DNA from: Candidatus Zixiibacteriota bacterium
Lineage (GTDB): Bacteria; Zixibacteria; MSB-5A5; DG-27
Length of the DNA: 64,000 bases
Assembly: GCA_030605835.1 (NCBI GenBank)
Contig: JAUWHO010000023.1
Span: forward strand, 201,834 to 265,833
Reading direction: 5' to 3'
The translations under genes were made by a program, and so were the position numbers. Positions 27,821 to 37,523 of the stretch are shown one piece after another; the first letter of the stretch is position 1; each line of letters starts with the position of its first letter. A model generated the notes under the pieces. That model saw only the letters and a program-made list of their open reading frames with translations. It had not been told where the DNA came from and did no database searches.

Positions 27821-27935
27821 CACTAATGGTGTTGTTGGTGATCGGTGAGTCGTTATCGTGAATAGTCCTCAGCCTGAGGCTGACCCGCCTCTGGCGGGAA
27901 AGTCAGAGTTAAGGGTGGGGTGGGGAGTGGTCACC

Positions 27936-27975
27936 CTACCTACATCTACTATCTACTACCTACTACCTACTGTCT
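27936..27975. repeat. Heptanucleotide tandem array (CTAYCTA x~6)
   Basis: cctacct acatcta ctatcta ctaccta ctaccta ctgtctg, immediately upstream of the 27979 ATG. Confidence 0.7.
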
Positions 27976-27978
27976 GAG

Positions 27979-30702
27979 ATGTCGATAACAAGAGAACTCC
28001 GAAATATCCTCGGTGATAGCAAGGTCAAAGATGACCCCGGCACCATCACCGCCTATTCCACCGACGCCAGCATCTACAAACTGATCCCCAGGGCGGTGAG
28101 TTTCATCGAGGAGGAAGAAGATGTTCCCAAGCTCTTGGATTTCGCCCACAGCAAGAATATCCCTCTGACAATCCGTGGCGGGGGCACCGGCTTGGCTGGA
28201 GCTGCTGTCGGCTCCGGAATAGTCGCCGATTTCTCCAAATACAATCAAATCCTCGAAGTCAATCCCCAGAAGAAATGGGTCAAAGTCCAGGTGGGACATA
28301 TCTACGAGGAGCTGAACATCCACCTCAAACGCCATAAGCTGATGTTCGCACCCGACCCCGCCTCCGGGGATGCCTGCCAGATAGGGGGGATGCTGGCCAA
28401 CAACTCCTCCGGACCGAGAACCGTCCGTTACGGGACCACCAAAGACCACGTTCTCGAAATCGAGGCTTACCTCGCCTCCGGGCGGAAGATTTCAATCAAG
28501 AAATACAAACTCGGGGAGCCGGAGACCGACAAGTTCTTTTACAACCATCCGGAGTTCAAAAAGATCGTCCAGCTCGTCGAGGAAAAGCGGGAGGAGATTC
28601 TGAGAAGGGAAGTAAAAGTAAAGAAGAACTCCTCCGGCTATGATTTACCCGCTCTGGTTCATGGTCTGGACCAAGGCTACCTCGATTTGCCTCGATTCTT
28701 CGTTGGCTCTGAGGGTACCCTGGCGGTCTTCAGTAGCGCCACCCTCAATCTGGTCGATCTTCCCGGAGAGAAGATCACTCTTCTTGTCTTCTTCGAGGAC
28801 ATTCAGGAGGTGGCCCATGCTGTGAATGATCTTCTTCCCATAGGACTCACCAGCATCGAGATCGTGGACGGTAGCTCCATGGATCTGATCGGTCGAGAGA
28901 AATATAACCTGCCGCCGAATTCGGAGGCCATGCTTTTCATCGAGGTCGACTATGGAGAACTGGGAGACAAGGTTCGGAAGGCCAGGGAGGCTCTGAAAAG
29001 ATATCGACTGTCTATCCCACCGGTGGAGGAGAAGGAGGCTTCCAAACAGGAGGCCTTGTCAAAAGCTCGGAAGGCGATTCTACCCGCTCTGTACAGATAT
29101 GATCCCCTCAAGAAACCTCTCTCCTTCATCGAAGATGCTGCCCTCCCCTCCGAGAAGGTCCCGGAGATGCTCCTCTTCTTAAAAGAGCTGATGCGAGACT
29201 ACGATTTCAAGTTCGGTGCTTTCGGCCACATCGGTGATGGCAACCTCCACGTTCACCCTCTGGTCAACGGCAACGACCCCGCCCAATTCGCCAAGATCGA
29301 GCCCCTCACGGAGGCTTTTTACTCCAAAGTGATTGAGCTCGGCGGCACCATCGCCGGAGAACACGGCGACGGTCGCACCCGGGCTCCCTTCCTGGAGAGG
29401 CAGTTCGGTCCGGAGGTCTACAAGCTCTTCTGGGAGATTAAAAACCTGCTCGACCCCGAACACATCTTGAATCCCGATGTCAAGCTCTCTAACAAGAAGG
29501 CCCTGGTGAATCTGGATTACGAGAAGCTCAACTGGGACTGTTCCTCCTGTGGGAAGTGCAACAGCTACTGCCCCTCCTATGAAGCCCATCGAGAAGACTC
29601 CTTCGGCTCCCGGGGGCGGTTCCGAGTCATATCTTACAGCAACTACGACTTCAGAGAGGCCCGCGACATTCTAGACGACTGTCTGAATTGCAAGTCCTGT
29701 CGAGTGATCTGTCCGGCCGGATGCGACACCGCCCAGGAGACCATAAAGCGCTGGGCTGAACATCCTCCCAAGATACTAGCCCCCTGGCTTGGCGCCATGA
29801 AGCGACCGGAACTTTTAGAGAGGATCTTCTCCCTTCAAGGGAGATCCCAAAAACTCTGGGACAACAACTTTTTCCGACCCCTGGTGGAACTTCTTTCCCC
29901 TTCCTCTTTCAGATTGAGAAGCGAGGTCAGGCTTCCCAAGTTGGCAGGAGTCAGTCTTCGTAATCGTCATCCCGAGTTGGTGGAACGACCGCAAGCAGAT
30001 ATCGCCTACTTCTACGGTTGTGCCGATGGTTCTTTCGACAATGACACTGGGGAGGCTATCATCTCCACCTTTCAGAAGCTGGGTTTCACCGTGACATTAC
30101 CGAAGCAAACGTGCTGTGGTCTACCTATGGAGACTTATGGGTTTATGGAGATGAAAGCGGAGGTAGCTCGCTTCAATATCGATTCCCTGCTGAGATTTGA
30201 GCATGTTATCACTGGATGCGGAAGTTGCCTTTTGGCCCTGCGAGAATACGATAAGGTTTTCGAGGAGGCAGATCCCTATCACCAGAAGGCCATAGAACTG
30301 GCAGGGAGATGTTACGATTTCTCCGAGTTCATCATTAAGAAAACGAAGCTGAGTTCTTTGTCGAGTATTTCCAACGGCAAAAGGGTGACCTACCACGACC
30401 CCTGTCACCTCCGAGCCGCCGGCATCACCGAGGAACCTCGACAGCTTTTGAAAGCTATCTTTGCAGACAGATTCGTGGAAATGGATTATGCCGACCGTTG
30501 CTGTGGTTTTGCGGGGACATACTATTTCTTTCATCCTGAACAATCGGAGAAGATTTTCGAAAGAAAAAGAGAAGCCCTGAAAGATAGCGGTGCTGAGATG
30601 GTGGTCTCCAGCTGTCCCACCTGCCTTCTACAATTCAAGAATCAGATGGGAGAAGAGATCGAAGTCCGACACCCGGCGGAGCTGATCTCGGAGGTGGTTT
30701 GA
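27979..30702 (+). CDS. FAD-linked oxidase (GlcD-like) fused to an Fe-S/CCG-domain oxidoreductase (GlcF-like); putative D-lactate/glycolate dehydrogenase
   Basis: N-terminal FAD-binding PCMH domain (RGGGTGLAGAAVG), a C-terminal FAD-oxidase domain, and cysteine clusters CSSCGKCNSYCP and CLNCKSCRVICP plus CCG-type motifs (CCG, CHDPCH). Confidence 0.75.
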   Translation: MSITRELRNILGDSKVKDDPGTITAYSTDASIYKLIPRAVSFIEEEEDVPKLLDFAHSKNIPLTIRGGGTGLAGAAVGSGIVADFSKYNQILEVNPQKKWVKVQVGHIYEELNIHLKRHKLMFAPDPASGDACQIGGMLANNSSGPRTVRYGTTKDHVLEIEAYLASGRKISIKKYKLGEPETDKFFYNHPEFKKIVQLVEEKREEILRREVKVKKNSSGYDLPALVHGLDQGYLDLPRFFVGSEGTLAVFSSATLNLVDLPGEKITLLVFFEDIQEVAHAVNDLLPIGLTSIEIVDGSSMDLIGREKYNLPPNSEAMLFIEVDYGELGDKVRKAREALKRYRLSIPPVEEKEASKQEALSKARKAILPALYRYDPLKKPLSFIEDAALPSEKVPEMLLFLKELMRDYDFKFGAFGHIGDGNLHVHPLVNGNDPAQFAKIEPLTEAFYSKVIELGGTIAGEHGDGRTRAPFLERQFGPEVYKLFWEIKNLLDPEHILNPDVKLSNKKALVNLDYEKLNWDCSSCGKCNSYCPSYEAHREDSFGSRGRFRVISYSNYDFREARDILDDCLNCKSCRVICPAGCDTAQETIKRWAEHPPKILAPWLGAMKRPELLERIFSLQGRSQKLWDNNFFRPLVELLSPSSFRLRSEVRLPKLAGVSLRNRHPELVERPQADIAYFYGCADGSFDNDTGEAIISTFQKLGFTVTLPKQTCCGLPMETYGFMEMKAEVARFNIDSLLRFEHVITGCGSCLLALREYDKVFEEADPYHQKAIELAGRCYDFSEFIIKKTKLSSLSSISNGKRVTYHDPCHLRAAGITEEPRQLLKAIFADRFVEMDYADRCCGFAGTYYFFHPEQSEKIFERKREALKDSGAEMVVSSCPTCLLQFKNQMGEEIEVRHPAELISEVV

Positions 30703-31245
30703 ATGGAGCTAGAGCCGAAAAAAGGAATGGTCATCGTTTACACCGGCGATGGTAAGGGAAAGACCACCGCCGCTTTAGGGATGTGCGTCCGGGCGGTCGG
30801 ACACAATTTGAAGATCTGCATCATCCAGTTTGTGAAGGGGACCTGGAAGTACGGAGAGATAGAGGGACTCAAAAAGCTTGGCCCCAACGTGGAGCTTCAC
30901 GTCATGGGTAAGGGGTGCGTCGGGATCCTGGGAGACAAGCTCCCGTTAGAAGAACATCGAAAGGAGGCTCTGTCGGCACTGGAATTGGCCACCGAGAAAA
31001 TCAATTCCGAAAAGTACAACATCGTCATCTTAGATGAAATCAATGTCGCCGTCAAATTGGAGTTGATACCGATTGAAAGGGTGCTTGAGCTGATCGAATC
31101 CCGACCGGAGCAGGTCACCTTAGTTCTGACCGGGAGAGCCGCCGATCCTCAGATCGTGAAGATTGCGGATTTGGTCACCGAGATGCTGGACATAAAACAT
31201 CCTTACCAGCTGGGGGTCCTCGCGATGAAAGGAATAGATTACTAG
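30703..31245 (+). CDS. Cob(I)yrinic acid a,c-diamide adenosyltransferase (CobO/BtuR family)
   Basis: MVIVYTGDGKGKTTAALGMCVRAVGHNLKICIIQFVKG. Its ATG directly abuts the upstream stop. Confidence 0.8.
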   Translation: MELEPKKGMVIVYTGDGKGKTTAALGMCVRAVGHNLKICIIQFVKGTWKYGEIEGLKKLGPNVELHVMGKGCVGILGDKLPLEEHRKEALSALELATEKINSEKYNIVILDEINVAVKLELIPIERVLELIESRPEQVTLVLTGRAADPQIVKIADLVTEMLDIKHPYQLGVLAMKGIDY

Positions 31246-31294
31246 GTTGGTTAGTAGTTAGTGGTGAGTGGTGAGTGGTTAGTTTTTAGTCAGT
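31244..31294. repeat. Heptanucleotide tandem array (GGTKAGT x~6; reverse complement of the CCAYTCA family)
   Basis: ggttagt agttagt ggtgagt ggtgagt ggttagt ttttagt. Confidence 0.75.
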
Positions 31295-31341
31295 GAATCG
31301 CTACCGATCAACCTTGATTTAATCGGGAAACAGAATAATAA

Positions 31342-32277
31342 GTGGAAAGATTGGAGATGAAGGAATACGACATAATAATCGTCGGTGGGGGTCCCGGAGG
31401 TTTGACCGCCGGAATGTACGGGGCCCGCTCCATGCTCAAGACCCTCATTATCGAGCGATATCTTCCCGGGGGACAGGTTGCCAATACCGAGCTCATCGAG
31501 GATTACCCCGGCTTTGAGTCCATCTCCGGGGCGGAGTTGGCCACCAGAATGTCCGAGCACGCCAAAAAGTTCGGCGCCGAAATAATCTCCGAAAACGTCA
31601 GCGAAATCTACTGCGAGGGAAATGACCGCATGGTGGTCACCGACGAGGAGAAATATAAAGCCCCGGTGGTCATAATCGCTACCGGCGGACAGCCCCGGAA
31701 GCTGGGAGTTCCTGGAGAAGAGGAATTTGCCGGCAGGGGCGTCTCATACTGTGCCATCTGCGATGGTGCCTTCTTCAAAGACCAAAAGATCGCCGTGGTT
31801 GGAGGTAGTGATGCCGCCGTGGAGGAGGCAAACTTTTTGACCAAGTACGGAAGCAAGGTCTACATCATCCATCGCCGCCATGAGCTTCGAGCCCAGAAAA
31901 TCATTCAGGACAGAGCCTTCAAGAACGAAAAAATCGAGCTTGTCTGGGACAGCGTCGTCGAGAAGATAAACGGCAAACAAAAGGTGGAATCCCTCACCCT
32001 GAAGAACAAGAAGACCGGAGAGACGAGCCAACTCGAAGTCGGTGCGGTGTTCGTCTTCGTCGGCTTCGTCCCCAACAGCCAGCTGGTGCGGGAGGGTCTG
32101 AAGTTAAACCCCGGCGGCTACATCCTCACCAACAACAGAATGGAAACCAATATCCCCGGTATCTATGCCGTCGGAGACGTCAGAGCCCAGCTCTGTCGCC
32201 AAGTGACCAACGCCGTCGGAGATGGCACCACCGCTGCGGTCGCCGCCGATAAGTATATCGAAAGCCTCCGGGGATAG
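31342..32277 (+). CDS. trxB: Thioredoxin-disulfide reductase
   Basis: IVGGGPGG FAD motif, CAICDG redox-active disulfide, GGSDAAVEEA NADPH motif. Confidence 0.9.
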   Translation: MERLEMKEYDIIIVGGGPGGLTAGMYGARSMLKTLIIERYLPGGQVANTELIEDYPGFESISGAELATRMSEHAKKFGAEIISENVSEIYCEGNDRMVVTDEEKYKAPVVIIATGGQPRKLGVPGEEEFAGRGVSYCAICDGAFFKDQKIAVVGGSDAAVEEANFLTKYGSKVYIIHRRHELRAQKIIQDRAFKNEKIELVWDSVVEKINGKQKVESLTLKNKKTGETSQLEVGAVFVFVGFVPNSQLVREGLKLNPGGYILTNNRMETNIPGIYAVGDVRAQLCRQVTNAVGDGTTAAVAADKYIESLRG

Positions 32278-32622
32278 CCGGCTGTCAGTGAATGCTAAAT
32301 TGTGAGCGGTCCCCGCTGGGACCGATAACCTCTCGCTGGACTCCACCGGCTCCGCCTGTCCCTGTTCGCCATGACGTCTTACAGCCCCACAATTGTGGTT
32401 TCTGGCCCAACTCCAACCGGGACTCTCCCGCACCGGCAGATACAGCTTTTCTCCCATAAGACATTGCTGCTGAGAACCTGAACAGTCTCTTGCGGGACTT
32501 CTCACCATTTCCCTGATTGATAATTGCGCCCCCGTTTACCTTCCCATCTACCCTGACGATATAGCATCTAGCAAGCGGCGCTTTGAAACCAGAAGTAAAG
32601 GTGCGGCAAACGGGGAGAGCCC

Positions 32623-34119
32623 ATGGAGGCAGGTGTTAAGTCCGCTTCCCCTCTGGCCGGGGAGGAGACAACCCCTCGCGGGGGAAAACCGACCATCCTG
32701 GTAATTGACGACGAGGAGAGCGTCTGTGAAATCGTCACCGAGATGCTCGACGACGGCGAATACGATATCATCGCCACCGCCGATCCTCACCAGGGTCTAA
32801 AGCTCATAGAATCCCGCCCCCTGGAGGTCATCATCACCGATTTGATGATGGGGGAGATAAGCGGGGTGGATATACTCAACGCTGCGAATCGCTCTCAGCC
32901 GGACGTAGTTCTCATTCTGATGACCGGCCAACCCACCATCGAGAATGCAGTATCTGTAGTCAAATCCGGAGCCTTCGAGTATCTGGTCAAGCCCTTTACC
33001 GCCGAACAGCTCAAGACCACCGTTGAAGGGGGCCTCTCCAAACAGAAATTGGAGAGGGAGAACATAAAGCTCCGCGAGATCGTCTCGCTGCACGAGATCT
33101 GCGAGAAGATGGGCTCCACGGTTCAGCTAGAGCCCCTTCTGGACTTCATCATCGAGACCGCCCTCAAAGAGTTCGAGGCAGATATGGGAGCGATCCTGCT
33201 CTACGACAGCAAAAACGGGCAGTTGGAATTAAAAGCCACCAAGGGACTGAGCCCCGAGTTCGCGAACGAGAATCGCTGGTTCAGCAAAGATAACGCTTCC
33301 CTGTGGATAGAGAGTTCCTCCAAACCCTATCTTTATGATGTCAATTTCTCCGCAGGATCGCAAACGTTTTTCGGCACTGCCCGAGGGCTTGTTAAATCTG
33401 CGATTTCACAGCCGCTGTTGGCCCGCGGGGACTTCTTCGGGGTTTTGTTTCTGATGCGCACCCACAGCTTCAAGCCCTTCACCTTGGGGCAGCTGGCCTC
33501 TCTGGCAATTCTGGGCTCCAAAGCCGCCACCGCCATTCAAAGCTACAAGCTTTATGATGACTTGCAGGAGACCTACCTTGCCACCATAATAGCGCTGGCC
33601 AACTCCATCGAGGCTCGAGACAAGTACACCCGGGGTCACACTGAGAGGGTTTGGAGTTTCGCAACCGCCATTGCAAGCGAGCTGGGTTGGCCACCAGAGA
33701 AGAAAGTGGAACTTCGCATGGGAGCGATTCTTCACGACATCGGCAAAATAGCGGTTCCAGACAGAATCCTCAACAAGCAGGGTCTCTTGACCACCGAAGA
33801 GTTCGAGGTCATGAAGAGACATCCGGTTCAGGGCGCGAGGATTGTCGAGGGAATCCCGTTTCTGGAACCGGCACTCCCCTATATTCTATATCATCACGAA
33901 AGATACGACGGCAAAGGCTACCCTTACGGCCTGAAAGGGGAGGAGGTACCCATCCAGGGAAGGTTATTAGCGGTGGCGGACACTCTGGATGCGGTCAGCT
34001 CTGATAGACCTTATCGTAAGGGGAAGAAATTCTCGGAGGCGGTGGAAGAGGTGGTCCGCTGCGCTCAAACCCAATTCGATCCCAGCATCGCCGAAGCCTG
34101 CAAAAGCGCATTTAGTTAA
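32623..34119 (+). CDS. Response regulator with REC-GAF-HD-GYP architecture (c-di-GMP phosphodiesterase-type)
   Basis: REC (ILVIDDE...DLMMG), a central GAF domain, and HD-GYP motifs (HTERV..., HDIGKIAVPD, HHERYDGKGYP). Confidence 0.8.
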   Translation: MEAGVKSASPLAGEETTPRGGKPTILVIDDEESVCEIVTEMLDDGEYDIIATADPHQGLKLIESRPLEVIITDLMMGEISGVDILNAANRSQPDVVLILMTGQPTIENAVSVVKSGAFEYLVKPFTAEQLKTTVEGGLSKQKLERENIKLREIVSLHEICEKMGSTVQLEPLLDFIIETALKEFEADMGAILLYDSKNGQLELKATKGLSPEFANENRWFSKDNASLWIESSSKPYLYDVNFSAGSQTFFGTARGLVKSAISQPLLARGDFFGVLFLMRTHSFKPFTLGQLASLAILGSKAATAIQSYKLYDDLQETYLATIIALANSIEARDKYTRGHTERVWSFATAIASELGWPPEKKVELRMGAILHDIGKIAVPDRILNKQGLLTTEEFEVMKRHPVQGARIVEGIPFLEPALPYILYHHERYDGKGYPYGLKGEEVPIQGRLLAVADTLDAVSSDRPYRKGKKFSEAVEEVVRCAQTQFDPSIAEACKSAFS

Positions 34120-34267
34120 GTCGACCACAAGCTCGTAAATCACCTTCCGCTAACTCAACTGCCTCGAGTTGAAACCGCCTTCTGTCTGGTCAACTTTTGA
34201 GCACCCCTTCCTAGAGAGGACAGCAAAAACCTCTTTTCAATTCCGGTTTTTCCCCTATATTCAAAAT

Positions 34268-34802
34268 ATGAGAGTTCTCACGATTTTCGTTACCAGAGCG
34301 AGTCCTTTTGTGTTTGCCTTTCTCTTTCCCATTCTGGAGAGCCCTTCGCAGGAAGCCTATGCACTGGATGAACGTTATCGGGCCTACCAGGAAGTAATAC
34401 TTAAACTCGATTCTCTCCATAACGCTTTTTCGGAGATTACTCGCCTCGATTCTATCCGACACCCCACCCAAGACAGCTTGGCCATCTGGTGCCTGAAGAT
34501 CTCAGACAATCGTTTTCTGGAGGAGGAACCTGCGATCCTGCTTCTGGGAAACCAGCACCGCGAAGAGCTCTTGGGGGGGGGAGGTCCTGATGGGGATGTT
34601 GCATGTGCCGACAAGGGCCGCTGCCAAGCTGGAGATATTTGACCTCTCTGGGAGGAGAGCTGCCAGCTTTCTGGAGCCGGTTGAGGAGATGGAATCTCAC
34701 TCCATCATCTGGGAGACCTTTGGAGTCTCCTCCGGCATCTATTTCCATAAGTTGACCACCGAGGCTCATTCTCTGACCCGGAAGATGATGCTTCTAAGGT
34801 AG
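34268..34802 (+). pseudogene. Remnant of an M14 zinc carboxypeptidase gene (N-terminal fragment) joined out of frame to a T9SS C-terminal-domain tail, with a G9 homopolymer at the frame break
   Basis: Signal peptide plus YRAYQEVILKLDSL...IWCLKISDN...EPAILLLGNQHREE (the M14 N-terminal and HxxE region). After ggggggggg (34573-34581) the -1 frame encodes AAKLEIFDLSGRR...GIYFHKLTTEAHSLTRKMMLLR (a T9SS CTD). The roughly 600-aa catalytic core is missing. Confidence 0.6.
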
Positions 34803-34887
34803 CCAAAATGATAAGCCTTGAGAATCGTGGCAAAGAGAACTGCCTTTGTGAATGTGACTGTTAACCACTGACATCTTCGATAGTAGA

Positions 34888-37383
34888 ATGTCGAAATTGA
34901 GAATACCAACATACCTTGTGGTCTTCTTGCTCTTCTGGGGGCAACCCTGTTTGGCACAAAATGTCGATTATGTCTCCAGCGCCTTGTGGACTAAAGCATA
35001 CGGTGTCGCCGTAGCGGGCGATTATGCCTATTGTTCCTTTGTCAACGGGCTCTTGGTCTTGGAGGTGTCAGACCCTACCAATCCAGCTTTTTTAAGCCAG
35101 TGCTATTTGGGAACCGGAGAGCGAGGCATTTTTGCTCAAGGGAATTACGTCTATCTTGCCGGTGGGGAGGTTGGTCTACACATAGTAGATGTCTCCAACC
35201 CGGCGCAACCCAATTTGGTCAGTAGTCTGGACACCCCCGGGTATGCACACGATGTTTACGTCTATGGCAGTTATGCTTACGTGGCTGACGACACCTCAGG
35301 ACTCTTGATAATTGATATCGACGATCCCATTCACCCATTTATCGTGGGCGAATATAATTCCTCCGGTAAAACCTGTGGTCTTTTCGTAAGCGACAGATAT
35401 GCGTATCTGGCCGACGGCCATGAAGGTTTGGTGATCCTCGATATTTACGACCCTGAGCATCCATCCTGGGTTGGCGCTTACAATACCCCCGGGAGTGCCA
35501 ATGCCGTTTTCGTTAGTGAAGGTTATGCCTTCATCGCCGATGGCAGCTCCGGTCTGCAGATAATAGATGTGTCCGAGACCACCCAACCCAGCTTCGCTGG
35601 CGGCTGTGATACTCCCGGCAACGCCGGTGACCTCTTTGTATGCGGACAGCATGCTTACATCGCCGATGGATACAGTGGCGTGCAGGTTGTAGAGGTTACA
35701 AATCCAACGAATCCCGAATTGATTAGCAATTATGAGACTCCGGATTTCACCTCTTCGGTGTATGCAAGTGAAGAGTACGTATACCTCGCTGACGGACGGG
35801 GAGGTGTTCCCGTGGTCGATGTCACCGATCCCCTCTTTCCAGTCCTGGCGGGAAGCTACCAGCCCCCGAGTAGCACCATCGGGGTTTACGTGAGCGGAGA
35901 TCACGCTTACATCTCCGCTCACAGTTCCGGTCTATTTGTGGTTGACATCTCAGACCTACTTCATCCGGAAATAGTCGGCAATTACGACACCCCAGGTAAC
36001 GCTTACGCGGCCTGGATCGAGGATGTTTTTGCATATCTCTGCGACTATCAATCGGGGTTGCAGGTAATTGACGTATCCAATCCCGAAGAGCCCATCTATG
36101 CCGGAGGATGCGATACCCCCGGTTCTGCCCGGGGAATTCATGTCAAAGCTGACTACGCCTATATTGCCGATGGATACGGTGGTCTGCAGATAGCGGACAT
36201 CTCCAATCCTTATGAACCGTATATCGTCGGCAGTTGTATCACCCCCTATTTTGCCCGCAAGGTGTATGTCGACAGCATCTATGCCTACGTCGCCGACGGC
36301 ACCTCCGGCCTACAGGTAATCGATATCCACGAGCCCCGGGATCCGGTCATCGTCAGTGATTTCAATACCGGTGGGTACAGTTACGGGATCTACGTCCGGG
36401 AGGGATACGCCTACCTGGCCGATGGGGTTAGTGGTTTGCTGATACTCGACGTCTCCGACCCTCTTGACCCTCATCTGCTTGGCCAATACAACACTCCCGA
36501 TTATGCTCGGGGAGTGAAACTATGGGGCGATTATGCTTACGTCTCCGACGGAGCCTCGGGGCTGCAAGTGATTGACATTTCCGATCCGGAGCATCCCGCC
36601 TTTGCCGGCAGTCACGAGACCCCCGGCTCTGCCGAGAGTATCTTCGTTAAGGGAGGAAATGCCTTTGTAGCCGACTCCTGGTCTTTGATGATCCTGCACT
36701 TCCCCATCTCCCCAGTAGCTTCCATTTCTATCTCTCCCGACAGCCCACCGATTGAGATCCCTCCCCAGGGAGGTCGTTTCACATTCTCCGGAAGCTTGAC
36801 AAATAACACTGCTCAGAGTCAAAGGTTCACAACCTGGGTCATGGTGGAGGTCCCGGGTCTCGGTTGGCACGGTCCCCTGAAGACCTCAACGCCGCTTTTA
36901 TCACCCTACCAATCTGTGGAGCGTGATTCCCTCAGGCAATATGTACCGGGATGCGCGCCCGCGGGGACTTATACCTATGTTGCCTATGTGGGAGAATATC
37001 CCTCGGTGAAGATCGATAGCTCCCATGTCCAGTTTGCGAAGAGTGGGAGCATTCCCGAGTGTGGCTCTGGCCGGCTTTTCACTGAGGCCCCCGATGAACG
37101 GGAGAGGTTGCCTCTGCCGAGTGGATTTTCACTGTCGCAGAACTTCCCGAATCCTTTCAACGCTAATACCACCATCAACTATCGGTTACCGCTCGCCACC
37201 GAGGTGAGATTGGAGATAATAAACCTCCTCGGTCAGAGGCTGGCTATCCTGGTCGATGGTAGACGGGAGGCAGGAAACTGGTCGGTTATCTGGGAGACTT
37301 CGGGGATCGCTTCTGGGGTCTATTATTGTAAGATAACCGGCGGCGACTTCAGCCAGACTAGGAAGATGATATTGATCAGATAG
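34888..37383 (+). CDS. LVIVD-repeat β-propeller surface protein (about 14 blades) with a T9SS C-terminal sorting domain
   Basis: Signal peptide. Thirteen to fourteen ~44-aa repeats of the form ...YAY.ADG.SGLQVIDVSNP..P... . C-terminus FPNPFNANTTINYRLP...VYYCKITGGDFSQTRKMILIR. Confidence 0.7.
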   Translation: MSKLRIPTYLVVFLLFWGQPCLAQNVDYVSSALWTKAYGVAVAGDYAYCSFVNGLLVLEVSDPTNPAFLSQCYLGTGERGIFAQGNYVYLAGGEVGLHIVDVSNPAQPNLVSSLDTPGYAHDVYVYGSYAYVADDTSGLLIIDIDDPIHPFIVGEYNSSGKTCGLFVSDRYAYLADGHEGLVILDIYDPEHPSWVGAYNTPGSANAVFVSEGYAFIADGSSGLQIIDVSETTQPSFAGGCDTPGNAGDLFVCGQHAYIADGYSGVQVVEVTNPTNPELISNYETPDFTSSVYASEEYVYLADGRGGVPVVDVTDPLFPVLAGSYQPPSSTIGVYVSGDHAYISAHSSGLFVVDISDLLHPEIVGNYDTPGNAYAAWIEDVFAYLCDYQSGLQVIDVSNPEEPIYAGGCDTPGSARGIHVKADYAYIADGYGGLQIADISNPYEPYIVGSCITPYFARKVYVDSIYAYVADGTSGLQVIDIHEPRDPVIVSDFNTGGYSYGIYVREGYAYLADGVSGLLILDVSDPLDPHLLGQYNTPDYARGVKLWGDYAYVSDGASGLQVIDISDPEHPAFAGSHETPGSAESIFVKGGNAFVADSWSLMILHFPISPVASISISPDSPPIEIPPQGGRFTFSGSLTNNTAQSQRFTTWVMVEVPGLGWHGPLKTSTPLLSPYQSVERDSLRQYVPGCAPAGTYTYVAYVGEYPSVKIDSSHVQFAKSGSIPECGSGRLFTEAPDERERLPLPSGFSLSQNFPNPFNANTTINYRLPLATEVRLEIINLLGQRLAILVDGRREAGNWSVIWETSGIASGVYYCKITGGDFSQTRKMILIR

Positions 37384-37523
37384 GTCGTGAAGCATTCGAA
37401 AGACAGATAGGCAACCCTTCCTGTTATTGGAGTAATGAGAAAGCCGGACAGGTCATTTAATGCGGAGCAGTGATAGCAGATGGGGACAGAAAGGATTTCT
37501 GCTCGACCACCTCCGCAAAGTAA

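Noticed and set aside
27905-27935. G-rich tract aagggtggggtggggagtgg as a G-quadruplex
   Set aside because: It has only three runs of three or more G plus a GG, so it is not a canonical four-tract G4. It was noted only as part of the structured leader before 27979.
35296-35922. 208-aa antisense ORF inside the LVIVD-repeat gene
   Set aside because: The repeat periodicity makes long antisense frames likely by chance, and there are no motifs.
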